64,000 bases of DNA from Candidatus Latescibacterota bacterium (GTDB taxonomy: Bacteria; Latescibacterota; UBA2968; UBA8231), in contig OZ242318.1 of NCBI GenBank assembly GCA_965208105.1, positions 3,360,001 through 3,424,000 on the forward strand, in the 5' to 3' direction. The notes beneath the pieces are model-generated. The model did no database searches, was not told where the DNA came from, and was given only the letters and a program-made list of their open reading frames with translations. The number at the start of each line of letters is the position of its first letter. Position 1 is the stretch's first letter. Shown here one piece after another: positions 53,016 to 62,975 of this stretch. Position numbers and translations under genes: made by a program.

Positions 53016-53186
53016 TATAAAATGCAACAAGATTCATTATTGTGTGAAATCAGCTTGTCCAGAGTCTCCCCGGCAGGCGATGGTAAGATAGGTTAACAAC
53101 AAAATGGGACCTTTGGCCATTACTGGAAGAGTCATGGTCTTCAAATGGTAGTTGTTGCAGTATTGTCAAAGAATGGCTTGGGAGTC

Positions 53187-53603
53187 CTACCGGGTCTCAA
53201 TGCCTGCCCACTCCCCCTTATCGCTGGTAATATCCAGAATATTGCCGTCCGGGTCGAAAACCTTGAAGGCTCGAGAAGGCAAGTCGCTCGGGTCCATCTC
53301 CCGGCGCCCCTTGACGGTCTTTGCGGGAAATTTCGCACCCCACTCGTGCAGGCGTTGCCAAACTGCCGTGAGGTCTTCGACAAGGACCCCCAGATGAATG
53401 TACTCGTGTCCCTCTTCCAAAAGCGGGCGGTCCGCCTGGTCCCCATAGGCGAGCAGCGTGATGTTGTTGGTGCCGTCGCTCATGTCGAGGCCCAGGCGGT
53501 GCCTGCGGTATCCTATGAACTTCCAGCCGATTACCTCTTCATAGAATCGCCGCGATTTCTCCATGTCCTTGCACCAGAGAGCGACGTGGCGCAGCAGAGC
53601 CAT
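53187..53603 (-). CDS. VOC/glyoxalase family protein
   Basis: LRHVAL, FYEEVIG, HLGVLVED, DPDGN. Confidence 0.88.
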   Translation of the reverse strand: MALLRHVALWCKDMEKSRRFYEEVIGWKFIGYRRHRLGLDMSDGTNNITLLAYGDQADRPLLEEGHEYIHLGVLVEDLTAVWQRLHEWGAKFPAKTVKGRREMDPSDLPSRAFKVFDPDGNILDITSDKGEWAGIETR

Positions 53604-53811
53604 TTTCTCCTCCAGGTTTTGTTTCAGGTCCGTTTCACCTCGTGCCGGGAATGATAGGATTCGGTGCAATGGCTGTCAACGCGATTGGTCCAGAAATGGC
53701 TTGAACTTTACGTGCCGAAGAGATATCTTGTCGCCCAAGTTGGAATTCCAACTGGGAACGCCGCCGCGGCCGCCGCAGGCGCGGTCACCGGCCAGCCGGA
53801 AGGAGATCAGG

Positions 53812-54585
53812 ATGGATCAGGACATCAGCAAAGTGCTCCAGGCCTGGAAGTACGATCCCACGGCGAACGTGCGCAAAATCTGGGGTGAAGACGGAGTCCA
53901 GAAGGTGCAGGTTCGGATCGACCAGGGCGCTTTCCAGGGCATACTGCAATTGAATCTCGACGGCCGGCCGGACGGCAAGAAACCCTATGGATTTGACTTC
54001 GCGCTGGACTATTTCCGCAGCGCCCTGGAGAAGTACCGCCGGATTCACAAAGGCGATGAAAAAGGATTCTCCCTGGACGGGGAGGCCTGCCGGGAGCTGT
54101 TCGACGAGGGGACGCGCGTGTACGGGCGTTACTCCTTCCTGCTGCAGCTCCAGGACTATGACCGGGTGATCCGTGACACCGAGCGCAACATGGCCCTCTT
54201 CCGCTTTGTCAATACTTATGGGGAAGAGGAAGAGGACAGAATGAATCTGGAGCGGTGGTGGCCCTATATTCTGCGCCTCAATGCCACCGCCCGAGCCATG
54301 CAGTCCAGCCAGAAAGGCTGCTACGATGATGCGCTCGAGATCGTCAGGGAAGCGCGAGACAAGATCGACAGGCTTCCGGAAATGGACGCCGAGGAATTCC
54401 ACGTCGAGCGCGCCCGCTCGGAGGAGAGCCTGGAGGAGTTGGAGCAGGAACTGCTTTCCAACAAGCCGCCGAGCCGCCGGGAACGATTGCAGAAGGATCT
54501 GCAGATTGCAATCGAGGAGGAAGATTTCGAAAGAGCGGCTGCCATTCGAGACGAGCTGCAAAGGCTGGAGAGGTCCGAGCCCTAG
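53812..54585 (+). CDS. Uncharacterised protein with C-terminal UvrB/UvrC (UVR) motif
   Basis: GRPDGKKP region; AIEEEDFERAAAIRDEL; AAGGAG RBS. Confidence 0.8.
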   Translation: MDQDISKVLQAWKYDPTANVRKIWGEDGVQKVQVRIDQGAFQGILQLNLDGRPDGKKPYGFDFALDYFRSALEKYRRIHKGDEKGFSLDGEACRELFDEGTRVYGRYSFLLQLQDYDRVIRDTERNMALFRFVNTYGEEEEDRMNLERWWPYILRLNATARAMQSSQKGCYDDALEIVREARDKIDRLPEMDAEEFHVERARSEESLEELEQELLSNKPPSRRERLQKDLQIAIEEEDFERAAAIRDELQRLERSEP

Positions 54586-54749
54586 GGTCCCGTCGCAGAA
54601 ATATGCCGCCATTCTTTCGCCGATCCATCCCGGCTCACGGCGTTGCCTTCACTCGCCGTACACCAATGGTACGACTCGCTCAGGCGCCTTGTGAGCCTGG
54701 CGCCTCGGCGGGCCAATTTCGTCAACCTGTCTCTGCGACGGGACACTGA
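54582..54749. mobile_element. 168-bp MITE-like hairpin repeat, copy 2
   Basis: About 13 differences from 23569-23736 by manual alignment. Confidence 0.88.
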
Positions 54750-55072
54750 CAGCCCGCTGAAAAAGTCCATCCGGGCTGCGGCCGGCCCTGGCGTTCGAAT
54801 ACGGCGTTGCGCCCCCTCTCCGAATCCGATCGAATCCCCTCGGTCGCACGCCTTGCCTCAGACCGCCGTGACTCGGCCTCGCCTGCAGAGCAACTATATC
54901 AACGGGCTGCTGGCCTGGAAAACGGAAGTACAGGCCTTGCCGCCTCGCCAACCGCTCTTCCAGTTTCCCGCGCAGCCTGGGTGGGAAATAGCCGGTCGAG
55001 GGACCCACTGCCTCCTGGTCCCGTAGAAGTGCTACTCTCCCCCCGGTATTGCTTTCAGCGGAAGATTCAGCC

Positions 55073-55945
55073 TCAGTAAGCCGGAGATTCCTCGACCAGG
55101 GACAGCAGCGCCTCGTAGCGGGCGGGGTGGCGTAGCTTGCTCAGGGCGCGCTCCTTGAGCTGGCGCACGCGCTCCCGGGTCAGGCTCATCATGCCGCCTA
55201 TCCGCTCCAGGGTGAGAGCTTCGTGGCCATCGAGCCCGAAGTAGAGACGGATGATGCGCAGCTCGCGCTCGTCCAGATTGACCAGCACACTCTCCAGCTG
55301 AGCCCGGGCCGAATCGCCGAGCACCTCTGTTTCCGGCGAAGCCTGATGAGGGTCGGACAGGATGTTGAGCAGGCTGCGCTCGTCGTCTTCGGTGAAGGCC
55401 TCGTCCAGCGAGCGCACCGTGCGCGCGCTCAGCAGGGTCTCCCGCACCTCCTCGGCCGACACGTCCAACTCCTGGGCGATCTCCTCCACGTCGGGCTCGC
55501 TTTCGCGTCCCTGGCCCAGCCGCCGCGCGGTTTTGGAGATGTCCTTGAGCAGGCTCACCTTGTTCATGGGCAGGCGCACGGTGCGGGCGTGCTCGGCGAT
55601 GCTCTGGAGGATGGATTGCTTGATCCACCATACGGCGTAGGAGATGAACTTGTAGCCCTTGGTGCCGTCGAAGCGCTCGGCGGCGGTGAGCAGGCCCACG
55701 TTGCCGGCGCTGATCAGGTCGGCCAGCGAGAGGCCGCGGTTCTGGTAGTTTTTGGCCACGTCGATGACGAATCGCAGGTTGGCCTGGACGAGTTCGTCGC
55801 GGGCGTCCCTGTGGCCCTCCTGGATGCGGGCGGAAAGTTCGACTTCGCGCTCGCGCGACAGCGGCCTCGAGTCGGCGATGTCGTCGAAGTAGAGACGCAA
55901 AGTGCTTTCCTCATCATTGAGGGCTTCCTGGATGACGTACCCCAT
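55073..55945 (-). CDS. Sigma70-family sigma factor without region 1.1 (RpoD/RpoS-like, group 2 type)
   Basis: ANLRFV, DLISAGNVGL, KFISYAVWWI, TRERVRQ; 290 aa. Confidence 0.92.
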   Translation of the reverse strand: MGYVIQEALNDEESTLRLYFDDIADSRPLSREREVELSARIQEGHRDARDELVQANLRFVIDVAKNYQNRGLSLADLISAGNVGLLTAAERFDGTKGYKFISYAVWWIKQSILQSIAEHARTVRLPMNKVSLLKDISKTARRLGQGRESEPDVEEIAQELDVSAEEVRETLLSARTVRSLDEAFTEDDERSLLNILSDPHQASPETEVLGDSARAQLESVLVNLDERELRIIRLYFGLDGHEALTLERIGGMMSLTRERVRQLKERALSKLRHPARYEALLSLVEESPAY

Positions 55946-56586
55946 TTCGTTTCCTGCTTTCGTTTGAATTTTTATCCGCTGCTGCTAACCGGCGAAGCCT
56001 GTATCAGCCTCGGGCAGGGGAAACCGGAAAAGCGCGCTGGAATCCCGCCTCGCCGCAAAGGTCAGCCGAAGCATCCGGAGCAGGGATTCGATTCCCCTGA
56101 ACATTCTCTCACAACTGCCGGAGGCAATCGACAGGAGTGAAGACAAAGTGCAAAAGTTGCATCAAGATCGGCAGCGCCGGAGGCTTGCCCGCTGGTGCCA
56201 GGCAGCATCCGATGATTGTACCGGGGCGATTGGAAATCCAATCCAGCCGGATCCGCTGGCCTGCCCCGGGCATTCATGCGGCATCAGGCTCAGGAGCGCC
56301 TTGAAACCAGGCGCCGCGGGAACCTGCTACCTCCAGCCGCCTGCTGCAGTAAAAATATTTTGACCATGATCCACTGGCGGATAAAAGTTCGAGAAAGTGC
56401 ATAAATTGCACAGGCTCCTCAACCTTACCCTGCAGCCCGGCGATCTCCATGGGCACTTCTGTCCGGGAACTGCCCGATCAATGGACCTCGATTTCAAAAG
56501 GCCCTTAGAACTCCTCGGGTTATCTTCTAGAACCTTTGACTTCACCCCGGGGTTCCGTGGCCTTCTGCGCCCTCTGCAAAGAATCC

Positions 56587-56602
56587 TGCAAATTCGGTGC
56601 CA
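56587..56602 (-). promoter_or_regulatory. Sigma54 promoter facing the sigma factor gene
   Basis: TGGCACCGAATTTGCA, near-consensus GG-N10-GC. Confidence 0.85.
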
Positions 56603-56691
56603 GAGACCGAATTATTTTTTTAACTTACTTTCTCGCCATAGGTTAGGAACTTGGCAAGCTGTCTCCGGGCGGGCATGGGCGACTCGAGAAA

Positions 56692-56713
56692 GGCAAATAA
56701 TGCAACATTTGCA
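56692..56713. promoter_or_regulatory. Candidate activator site (tandem TGCA-N5-TGCA)
   Basis: GGCA-AATAA-TGCA-ACATT-TGCA, 90-110 bp upstream of the sigma54 site. Confidence 0.6.
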
Positions 56714-56791
56714 TGCCCCTCCCAAGTGGCGGAGCAAGCGCGGAAGGCGGATCCGGGTCCGGAGCCGGGGGGAAAGGCCGGTGGATTGGCC

Positions 56792-58150
56792 TCAGTGAAT
56801 CCCGTACTGCTTCAATTTGTACTGGAGGGAGCGCAGACTGATTCCGAGGATGGAAGCGGCGCGGCGCCGGTTGGAGGTGACCCGGTGCAGGGTCTGGCGG
56901 ATGAGTTCGGCCTCCGCTTCCCTGACCGAGGTCCCCAGTTTGAGGGTGAACTGGCCGAGAGCCTGGTCAGTTGCGGCAAGGATGCCGGGAAGGTGCTCGG
57001 GTCTGATGGTTTTGCTCGGGCAGGTGACCACCAGGCGCTGGATCAAGTTGCGGAGCTCACGCACGTTGCCCGGCCAGGAGTGGTGGAGAAAATGCGCCAT
57101 GCTCTCAGGAGCCACCTGCTTGAGGGCCTGGCCATGGGCTCGACATGACTCCTCGAGGAAGATCTCCACCAGCACGGGGATGTCTTCATGGCGCTTGCGC
57201 AGAGGGGGAATGTCGAGGGGCACCACGTTGAATCGGTAGTAGAGATCTTCGCGGAAGTTGCCCCGGTCCACGTCCGTTTCCAGGTCGCGGTTGGTCGCGG
57301 CGATAAAGCGGACATCGGCACGGTGGAGATGGGAGTCGCCGACGGGCTGATATTCGGAGTTCTCGAGGGCCCGCAACAACTCGACCTGGTTCTTCAGGGG
57401 CACCTCGCCGATTTCGTCGAGAAAGAGGGTGCCGCCTTCGGCCAGGGCGAATCTTCCGGGCTTGTCGGTGAGAGCTCCGGTGAAGGCGCCGCGGACATGC
57501 CCGAAGAGCTCGCTGGCGAAAAGCTCTTGGGGGAAGCCTCCGCAATTCACCGCCACGAAGGGGCCGTCCCGTCTCCTGCTGCGCTCGTGAATTGCGCGGG
57601 CGATCAAATCCTTGCCCACCCCGGTCTCGCCGCGCAGGAACACGGGGACGTCGGACATGGCCACCTGCTTGATGGTTGTCGCCGCAGCCTGCATTGCCGG
57701 GCTGTGCCGCACGATTTTGCGAAAACTGTCCCGGTTCTCCAGGCGGCTTTGCAGCTGGCGGTTGGCGGCGACCAACTCGAGGCGGCCCAGGGCGCGCTCG
57801 ACCAACAGGCCCAGGTGGGAGAGATCCAGGGGCTTGGCTATGAAGTCGTAGGCACCTTTCTTCATGGCCTCCACGGCGGTGGAGATATTGCCGTCCTTGG
57901 TCAGGACGATTATGTGAGTATCGGGATCGGAGTTGCGGATCTCTTCGAGCAGCTCCATGCCCCCGGGACCGGGAAGGCCGAGGTCCATGACCACCAGATC
58001 GTAGGATTTCTCCCGGATCATCCTGCGGGTTTGATGCCCGTCCGCGGCCATCTCCGCCTTGAGCTTGGTTTTGTGCAGGGCTTTCCTCAGTCCATTGCGG
58101 ATAAAGGCCTCGTCGTCGGCTATGAGAATTTGAACTTTGCGCTTTGTCAT
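56792..58150 (-). CDS. Sigma54-dependent response regulator (NtrC/AtoC type)
   Basis: Receiver ADDE...VMD...KP, GETGVGKD, GAFTGA, WPGNVREL, HTH. Confidence 0.93.
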   Translation of the reverse strand: MTKRKVQILIADDEAFIRNGLRKALHKTKLKAEMAADGHQTRRMIREKSYDLVVMDLGLPGPGGMELLEEIRNSDPDTHIIVLTKDGNISTAVEAMKKGAYDFIAKPLDLSHLGLLVERALGRLELVAANRQLQSRLENRDSFRKIVRHSPAMQAAATTIKQVAMSDVPVFLRGETGVGKDLIARAIHERSRRRDGPFVAVNCGGFPQELFASELFGHVRGAFTGALTDKPGRFALAEGGTLFLDEIGEVPLKNQVELLRALENSEYQPVGDSHLHRADVRFIAATNRDLETDVDRGNFREDLYYRFNVVPLDIPPLRKRHEDIPVLVEIFLEESCRAHGQALKQVAPESMAHFLHHSWPGNVRELRNLIQRLVVTCPSKTIRPEHLPGILAATDQALGQFTLKLGTSVREAEAELIRQTLHRVTSNRRRAASILGISLRSLQYKLKQYGIH

Positions 58151-58176
58151 GCCTGGCAGATCTTTGAAGGATTCGT

Positions 58177-58908
58177 ATGAATGACGCAGATCGGATAGAG
58201 GAACGCAAGCGGCGGATCCGGGAGATGTTCAATGCCATTGCCGGCCGCTACGACTTGTTGAACCACCTGCTCAGCGGAGGCGTGGACATTTACTGGCGCC
58301 GCCGGGCATTGAACGAGGTGCGGCATCCCCGGCCGCGGCAGGTTCTGGATCTGGCGACCGGAACGGGTGATTTCGCTCTTGCGGCGAGCAGACTGCGTCC
58401 GCGCCGGGTTTTTGGAGTGGACGTTTCCATGAGCATGCTGCGGCTTGGCGCGGCAAAGGTCGGCAGGCGACCGCAGGCGGGGTCCGTATTCCTGCTGGCC
58501 GGGGACGCCGAAGAGCTGCCTTTCGCCGGGAACAGCTTCGACCTGGTAATGGGTGCATTCGGCGTTCGAAATTTCGGTCATATTCCCACTGGCATGAAGG
58601 AGGCCTGGAGGGTGCTCAGACCGGGAGGAGAGATCCTGGTCCTGGATTTTTCAGAGCCGGCACTTCCCCTGTTCAAACAGGCCTATCGCTTTTATTTCAA
58701 GCGGGTCCTGCCTCTTTTAGGGGGGCTCGTTTCAGGGAACCGCCGGGCCTATTCCTACTTGCCGCAATCGGTAGATACTTTTCCCCAGGGGTGGGCGTTC
58801 GAGAAACTGCTCGAAGGGGCCGGATTCGTCGAGACCAGGACGACGCCTTTGACCCTTGGAATCTCTGCCGTTTACCAGGGCAGGAAGCCCGGGAAGCCGG
58901 TTGACTAA
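58177..58908 (+). CDS. menG: Demethylmenaquinone methyltransferase
   Basis: MFNAIAGRYDLLN, LDLATGTGD, FGVRN, RVLRPGG. Confidence 0.9.
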   Translation: MNDADRIEERKRRIREMFNAIAGRYDLLNHLLSGGVDIYWRRRALNEVRHPRPRQVLDLATGTGDFALAASRLRPRRVFGVDVSMSMLRLGAAKVGRRPQAGSVFLLAGDAEELPFAGNSFDLVMGAFGVRNFGHIPTGMKEAWRVLRPGGEILVLDFSEPALPLFKQAYRFYFKRVLPLLGGLVSGNRRAYSYLPQSVDTFPQGWAFEKLLEGAGFVETRTTPLTLGISAVYQGRKPGKPVD

Positions 58909-58965
58909 TGTGAGGCCGGTAGGTATTATGTGGTCGCGTTTCCAGGGGGAATACGGAGCCTATTC

Positions 58966-60093
58966 GTGCTATTCGAAGAACAGATCGACAGGGCTGGACT
59001 GGCCGAAGTGCACCGCACCATACGGGAGGGCGGACGTCTCAGCATGGATCAGGGGATGCAGCTCTACGCCTGCGACCAACTGCCGGTGCTGGGATACCTC
59101 GCCAATATGGTGCGCGAGCGGTTCAATGGAAATATGACCTACTACGTCCGCAACCAGCACATCAACTACACCAATATCTGCAACAAGCTTTGCAGGTTCT
59201 GTTCCTTCTACGTGAAGCCCAAGGATGAGCGCGGCTACGTTCTCTCCCCGGAACAGATTCAGGACCGTCTGGCCGAGTACTGCGACCTCCCCATAACCGA
59301 GATCCACATGGTGGGCGGCGTCAATCCCAGGCTGCCGTACGAGTATTACCTCGATGTCCTGCGCGCGATGAAGGAAGCCCGTCCCGATGCGCATCTGAAG
59401 GCGTTCACCATGATCGAGTTGGCCCAGATTCAGCGCATTGCCAAAAAACCCCTGGAAGAGGTGCTGGAGGACCTGAAGGAAGCCGGACTAGAAAGCCTCC
59501 CCGGCGGCGGAGCCGAGGTGTTCAGCGCGCGGGTGCAGGGCGATCTGTTCTGGACCAAGAGCGACTCGGAGGAATGGCTGCGAACCGCGGCGGCAGCCCA
59601 CCGGGCCAAGTTGCCCACCAATGCCACCATGCTGTACGGCCACATCGAGAACACCGAGGAAAAGGTCTATCACCTGGTCCGCCTGCGCGAGGTGCAGGAT
59701 GAGACTGGTGGATTTTTGGCCTACATCCCACTCTCCTTTCATCCGGAACGCACCGAGCTGGAGGATTTGCCCGGACCCACGGGCGCGCTCGACCTCAAGG
59801 AGATCGCCGTCGGGCGTCTGATGCTGGACAATTTTCCTCACGTCAAGACCTTCTGGATCATGAACACCATCGAGATCTCCCAGACGGCGCTCTGGTACGG
59901 GGCAGACGATATCGACGGCACGATCATGGACTACGAAATCACGCGGCGCAGCTACGAGGAGACCCGGCAGCGCCTGACTCAGGCGGAGCTGCTCGAGCGC
60001 ATCGTCGAAGCCGGACGGGTTCCGGTGGAACGGGACAGCCTGTACAATCTGGTTGCCGGCGGTCCCGGGTTGCCCCGGGCCGTTGCGGGCTGA
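58966..60093 (+). CDS. mqnE: Aminofutalosine synthase (radical SAM)
   Basis: CNKLCRFC, HVKTFWIM, GADDIDGT; GTG 58966 after GGAG. Confidence 0.85.
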   Translation: MLFEEQIDRAGLAEVHRTIREGGRLSMDQGMQLYACDQLPVLGYLANMVRERFNGNMTYYVRNQHINYTNICNKLCRFCSFYVKPKDERGYVLSPEQIQDRLAEYCDLPITEIHMVGGVNPRLPYEYYLDVLRAMKEARPDAHLKAFTMIELAQIQRIAKKPLEEVLEDLKEAGLESLPGGGAEVFSARVQGDLFWTKSDSEEWLRTAAAAHRAKLPTNATMLYGHIENTEEKVYHLVRLREVQDETGGFLAYIPLSFHPERTELEDLPGPTGALDLKEIAVGRLMLDNFPHVKTFWIMNTIEISQTALWYGADDIDGTIMDYEITRRSYEETRQRLTQAELLERIVEAGRVPVERDSLYNLVAGGPGLPRAVAG

Positions 60094-60104
60094 AGAAGGA
60101 AGAA

Positions 60105-61247
60105 ATGATCGAGGATATTGCCGATAAGATTTACCGCGGAGAACGTCTCGAACTGGACGACGCGCGCCGCCTCTACCACCACCCCAATCTCGCCGAGCTG
60201 GGGATGATGGCCAGTTGGGTGCGCCGGAGCAGGCATCCGGAGCCATTGGTCACCTACAATGTGGGACGCAACATCAACTACACCAACGTATGCTGGGTCA
60301 GGTGCGACTTCTGCGCCTTTTACCGTCCCCCCGGGTCGGAGGAGGGATATGTGCTTTCCCATGAGGAAATCTTCGCCAAGATCGACGAACTCGTCCTGTT
60401 CGGAGGCGACGAGCCGAAGTCGTGCGAGATCCTCATGCAGGGGGGACTGAATCCGAAGCTGCGGCTGGAGTACTACGAGGAACTGCTGAAGGCCATCAGC
60501 ACGCGCTATCCCATGGTCCAGTTGCACTGCCTGTCGGCCACCGAGATCATCTACATCGCCCATATTTCGCGGCTTCCGCTGGAGGAGACCGTCCGGCGCC
60601 TGGCCGCGGCGGGCCTCGACTCCATCCCCGGAGCCGGGGCGGAGATCCTCGACGACGAGGTGCGGGATATCATCGGTTTCCGCAAGGACCGCAGCGACGA
60701 GTGGCTGCAAGTTCACCGCGTCGCCCACGGGCTGGGCATGCGCACCACCGCCACAATGATGTACGGGCATGTGGAGTCGGTTGACCAGCGTTTGGGACAC
60801 CTGCAGCGCCTGCGCGATCTCCAGGACGAAACCGGAGGTTTCCGCGCCTTCATCACCTGGAGTTTTCAACCCGACGAGACCGCCCTGGCCGCGGACAAAG
60901 ACCGCTGGAACGGCCTGAAAGCCACCGGCTACGACCACCTGCGGACGGTTGCCGTCAGCCGCCTCTTTCTCGACAATGTCGACAATATCCAGGCTTCCTG
61001 GGTCACCCAGGGCCCCAAGATCGCCCAGGTCAGTCTGCATTACGGGGTCAATGACTTCGGCAGCACCATGCTCGAAGAGAACGTGGTGAGCGCCGCCGGC
61101 ACAAGCCACACCAACGAGATGGATCTCGAAGCCATGGAGCGGCTCATCCGCGGCGCAGGTTACGAGCCTCGCCGCCGCAATACCCGCTATGAATTCGTCT
61201 CCACCTCTCCGCGCCCGGAGGCGCTGAGAAAGGCGGCCCTTGCGTGA
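60105..61247 (+). CDS. mqnC: Cyclic dehypoxanthinyl futalosine synthase (radical SAM)
   Basis: RNINYTNVCWVRCDFC, IQASWVTQG, DFGSTMLEENVV. Confidence 0.9.
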   Translation: MIEDIADKIYRGERLELDDARRLYHHPNLAELGMMASWVRRSRHPEPLVTYNVGRNINYTNVCWVRCDFCAFYRPPGSEEGYVLSHEEIFAKIDELVLFGGDEPKSCEILMQGGLNPKLRLEYYEELLKAISTRYPMVQLHCLSATEIIYIAHISRLPLEETVRRLAAAGLDSIPGAGAEILDDEVRDIIGFRKDRSDEWLQVHRVAHGLGMRTTATMMYGHVESVDQRLGHLQRLRDLQDETGGFRAFITWSFQPDETALAADKDRWNGLKATGYDHLRTVAVSRLFLDNVDNIQASWVTQGPKIAQVSLHYGVNDFGSTMLEENVVSAAGTSHTNEMDLEAMERLIRGAGYEPRRRNTRYEFVSTSPRPEALRKAALA

Positions 61248-62047
61248 GCGTCCGCCTGCGGGCGGTGTCGTATTTGAACTCGCGTCCGCTGACTATTTCC
61301 CTCGAAAACAATCCGGCCTTCGAGTTGAGCTATTCCGTGCCCTCGGTTTGCGCCGCCGATCTTGAGGCCGGACGCGCCGACCTGGGACTGATCCCTTCCA
61401 TCGAATACGCGCGCAGCCGTGAGCCATATTACATTGTCCCGGATGTGGCAATAGTCAGCCGTGGCGAGGTACTGACGGTGCGGCTGTTCTGGCGAGGCGA
61501 TTTGCGCAGGGTGAAGCGCATCGCCCTGGATACGAGTTCGCGGACCGCGGCGGCCCTTCTGCACATACTCCTGCGCGAGAAGTTTCGCCTGGCGCCCGAG
61601 TTTGCGGAAGCAGGGCCTGCACTCGAGACCATGCTCGAGAGCGCAGACGCGGCGCTGCTCATCGGCGACCCCGTATTTCAGTTCATCGACACCGACCTGG
61701 ACTGCATGGACCTCGGGCAGGTCTGGACCGAATTTTCGGGGCTGCCTTTCGTATTCGCTTTTTGGGCAGGCCGGAGAGGGGTTGTGAATCCCGGGCAGGT
61801 CGTGGCATTGAAGGAAGCCAGACTCGCCGGGGAGGAGCAGGCAGCGGCGATCGCCCGCAAGTACAGCCGGGACTCCGCAAGATCTGCCGGGTTCTACGAG
61901 CGCTATCTCACCGGCAACATCTCCTTCGATTTCGGGGAAGCCGAAATCGAAGGGTTGTACGCGTTCTACCGCCTGGCACAGCGGCACGGCCTGATCGAGG
62001 CAGTGCCGGCACTCAGATTTTACGAGAGCGACGAGGTCCGTGCATAG
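61244..62047 (+). CDS. mqnA: Chorismate dehydratase
   Basis: VSYLNSRPL, SSRTA, LLIGD, DLGQVW...LPFVFAFW. Confidence 0.9.
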   Translation: MSVRLRAVSYLNSRPLTISLENNPAFELSYSVPSVCAADLEAGRADLGLIPSIEYARSREPYYIVPDVAIVSRGEVLTVRLFWRGDLRRVKRIALDTSSRTAAALLHILLREKFRLAPEFAEAGPALETMLESADAALLIGDPVFQFIDTDLDCMDLGQVWTEFSGLPFVFAFWAGRRGVVNPGQVVALKEARLAGEEQAAAIARKYSRDSARSAGFYERYLTGNISFDFGEAEIEGLYAFYRLAQRHGLIEAVPALRFYESDEVRA

Positions 62048-62944
62048 ATGATGAACCCACTGAGCGCGATCGCCGTCTACGGGCGCATGATCAAGTTTTC
62101 GCACAGCATCTTTGCCTTGCCCTTCGCCCTCAGCGGTGCCGCCCTGGCTGCTGCCCAGGTCGGGATCCGGCTCGATCAGCTGGGTTGGATCATCGCGGCC
62201 ATGGTCGGTGCGCGCAGCGCGGCGATGGGATTCAACCGATTGGTAGACCGGGGTATCGACGCGGAAAATCCGCGCACCCGGAACAGGGAACTGCCCCGAG
62301 GGGTTGTTTCCCCTCCGGCCGTGGCGGTATTTGTCCTGCTTTCGGGGGGAGTCCTGATCTGGGCGGCCCGGGAGCTCAATCCCCTCTGCTTTTACCTGTC
62401 GCCTCTGGTCCTGGCGGTCCTCCTCCTGTATTCCTACACCAAGCGTTTCACCTGGGCTTCCCATCTGGTTCTGGGCTTGTGTCTGGGGGGGGCGCCCGTG
62501 GGCGCCTGGATTGCCGTTACGGGTGGCTTCGGGCTTGCTCCCTTCCTGCTCGGCCTGGCCGTACTTTCCTGGGTTGCCGGGTTCGACGTAATCTATGCCT
62601 GCATGGACCGCGACTTCGATCTGCGCTCTGGTCTGCACTCGATTCCGGTGCGGTTCGGCATTGCCCCCGCCCTGCGGATTGCGCGCTTTCTTCACGTCCT
62701 CGCCACCCTGTTTCTGGTGGCCGTGGGGCTGGTGGCACAGTTGCACGCGCTCTACTTTTTCGGCATCGCGGTCATCGCCGGACTTCTCGTGTATGAGCAT
62801 CGCCTGGTGAGCCCCCGGGACATGTCCCGGGTGGGAATGGCCTTTCTCACCATGAACAGCACAGTCAGTACCGTCTACCTTGCCTTCACCCTGGCGGACC
62901 TGGTGATACTGGGCGACCCATGGACTCTCTTACAACTCGATTGA
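62048..62944 (+). CDS. mqnP: UbiA-family polyprenyltransferase (MqnP-like)
   Basis: [41 protein letters not shown]. Confidence 0.85.
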   Translation: MMNPLSAIAVYGRMIKFSHSIFALPFALSGAALAAAQVGIRLDQLGWIIAAMVGARSAAMGFNRLVDRGIDAENPRTRNRELPRGVVSPPAVAVFVLLSGGVLIWAARELNPLCFYLSPLVLAVLLLYSYTKRFTWASHLVLGLCLGGAPVGAWIAVTGGFGLAPFLLGLAVLSWVAGFDVIYACMDRDFDLRSGLHSIPVRFGIAPALRIARFLHVLATLFLVAVGLVAQLHALYFFGIAVIAGLLVYEHRLVSPRDMSRVGMAFLTMNSTVSTVYLAFTLADLVILGDPWTLLQLD

Positions 62945-62975
62945 ACTGAAACAAATCCGAGGGAATGCCGGAGAA

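Noticed and set aside
56185-56200. Second TGGCAC in the sigma factor leader
   Set aside because: Spacing is GG-N9-GC, not the required GG-N10-GC.
56274-56798. Small ORFs in the 55946-56791 gap
   Set aside because: No convincing RBS or recognisable motifs; they overlap regulatory sites.
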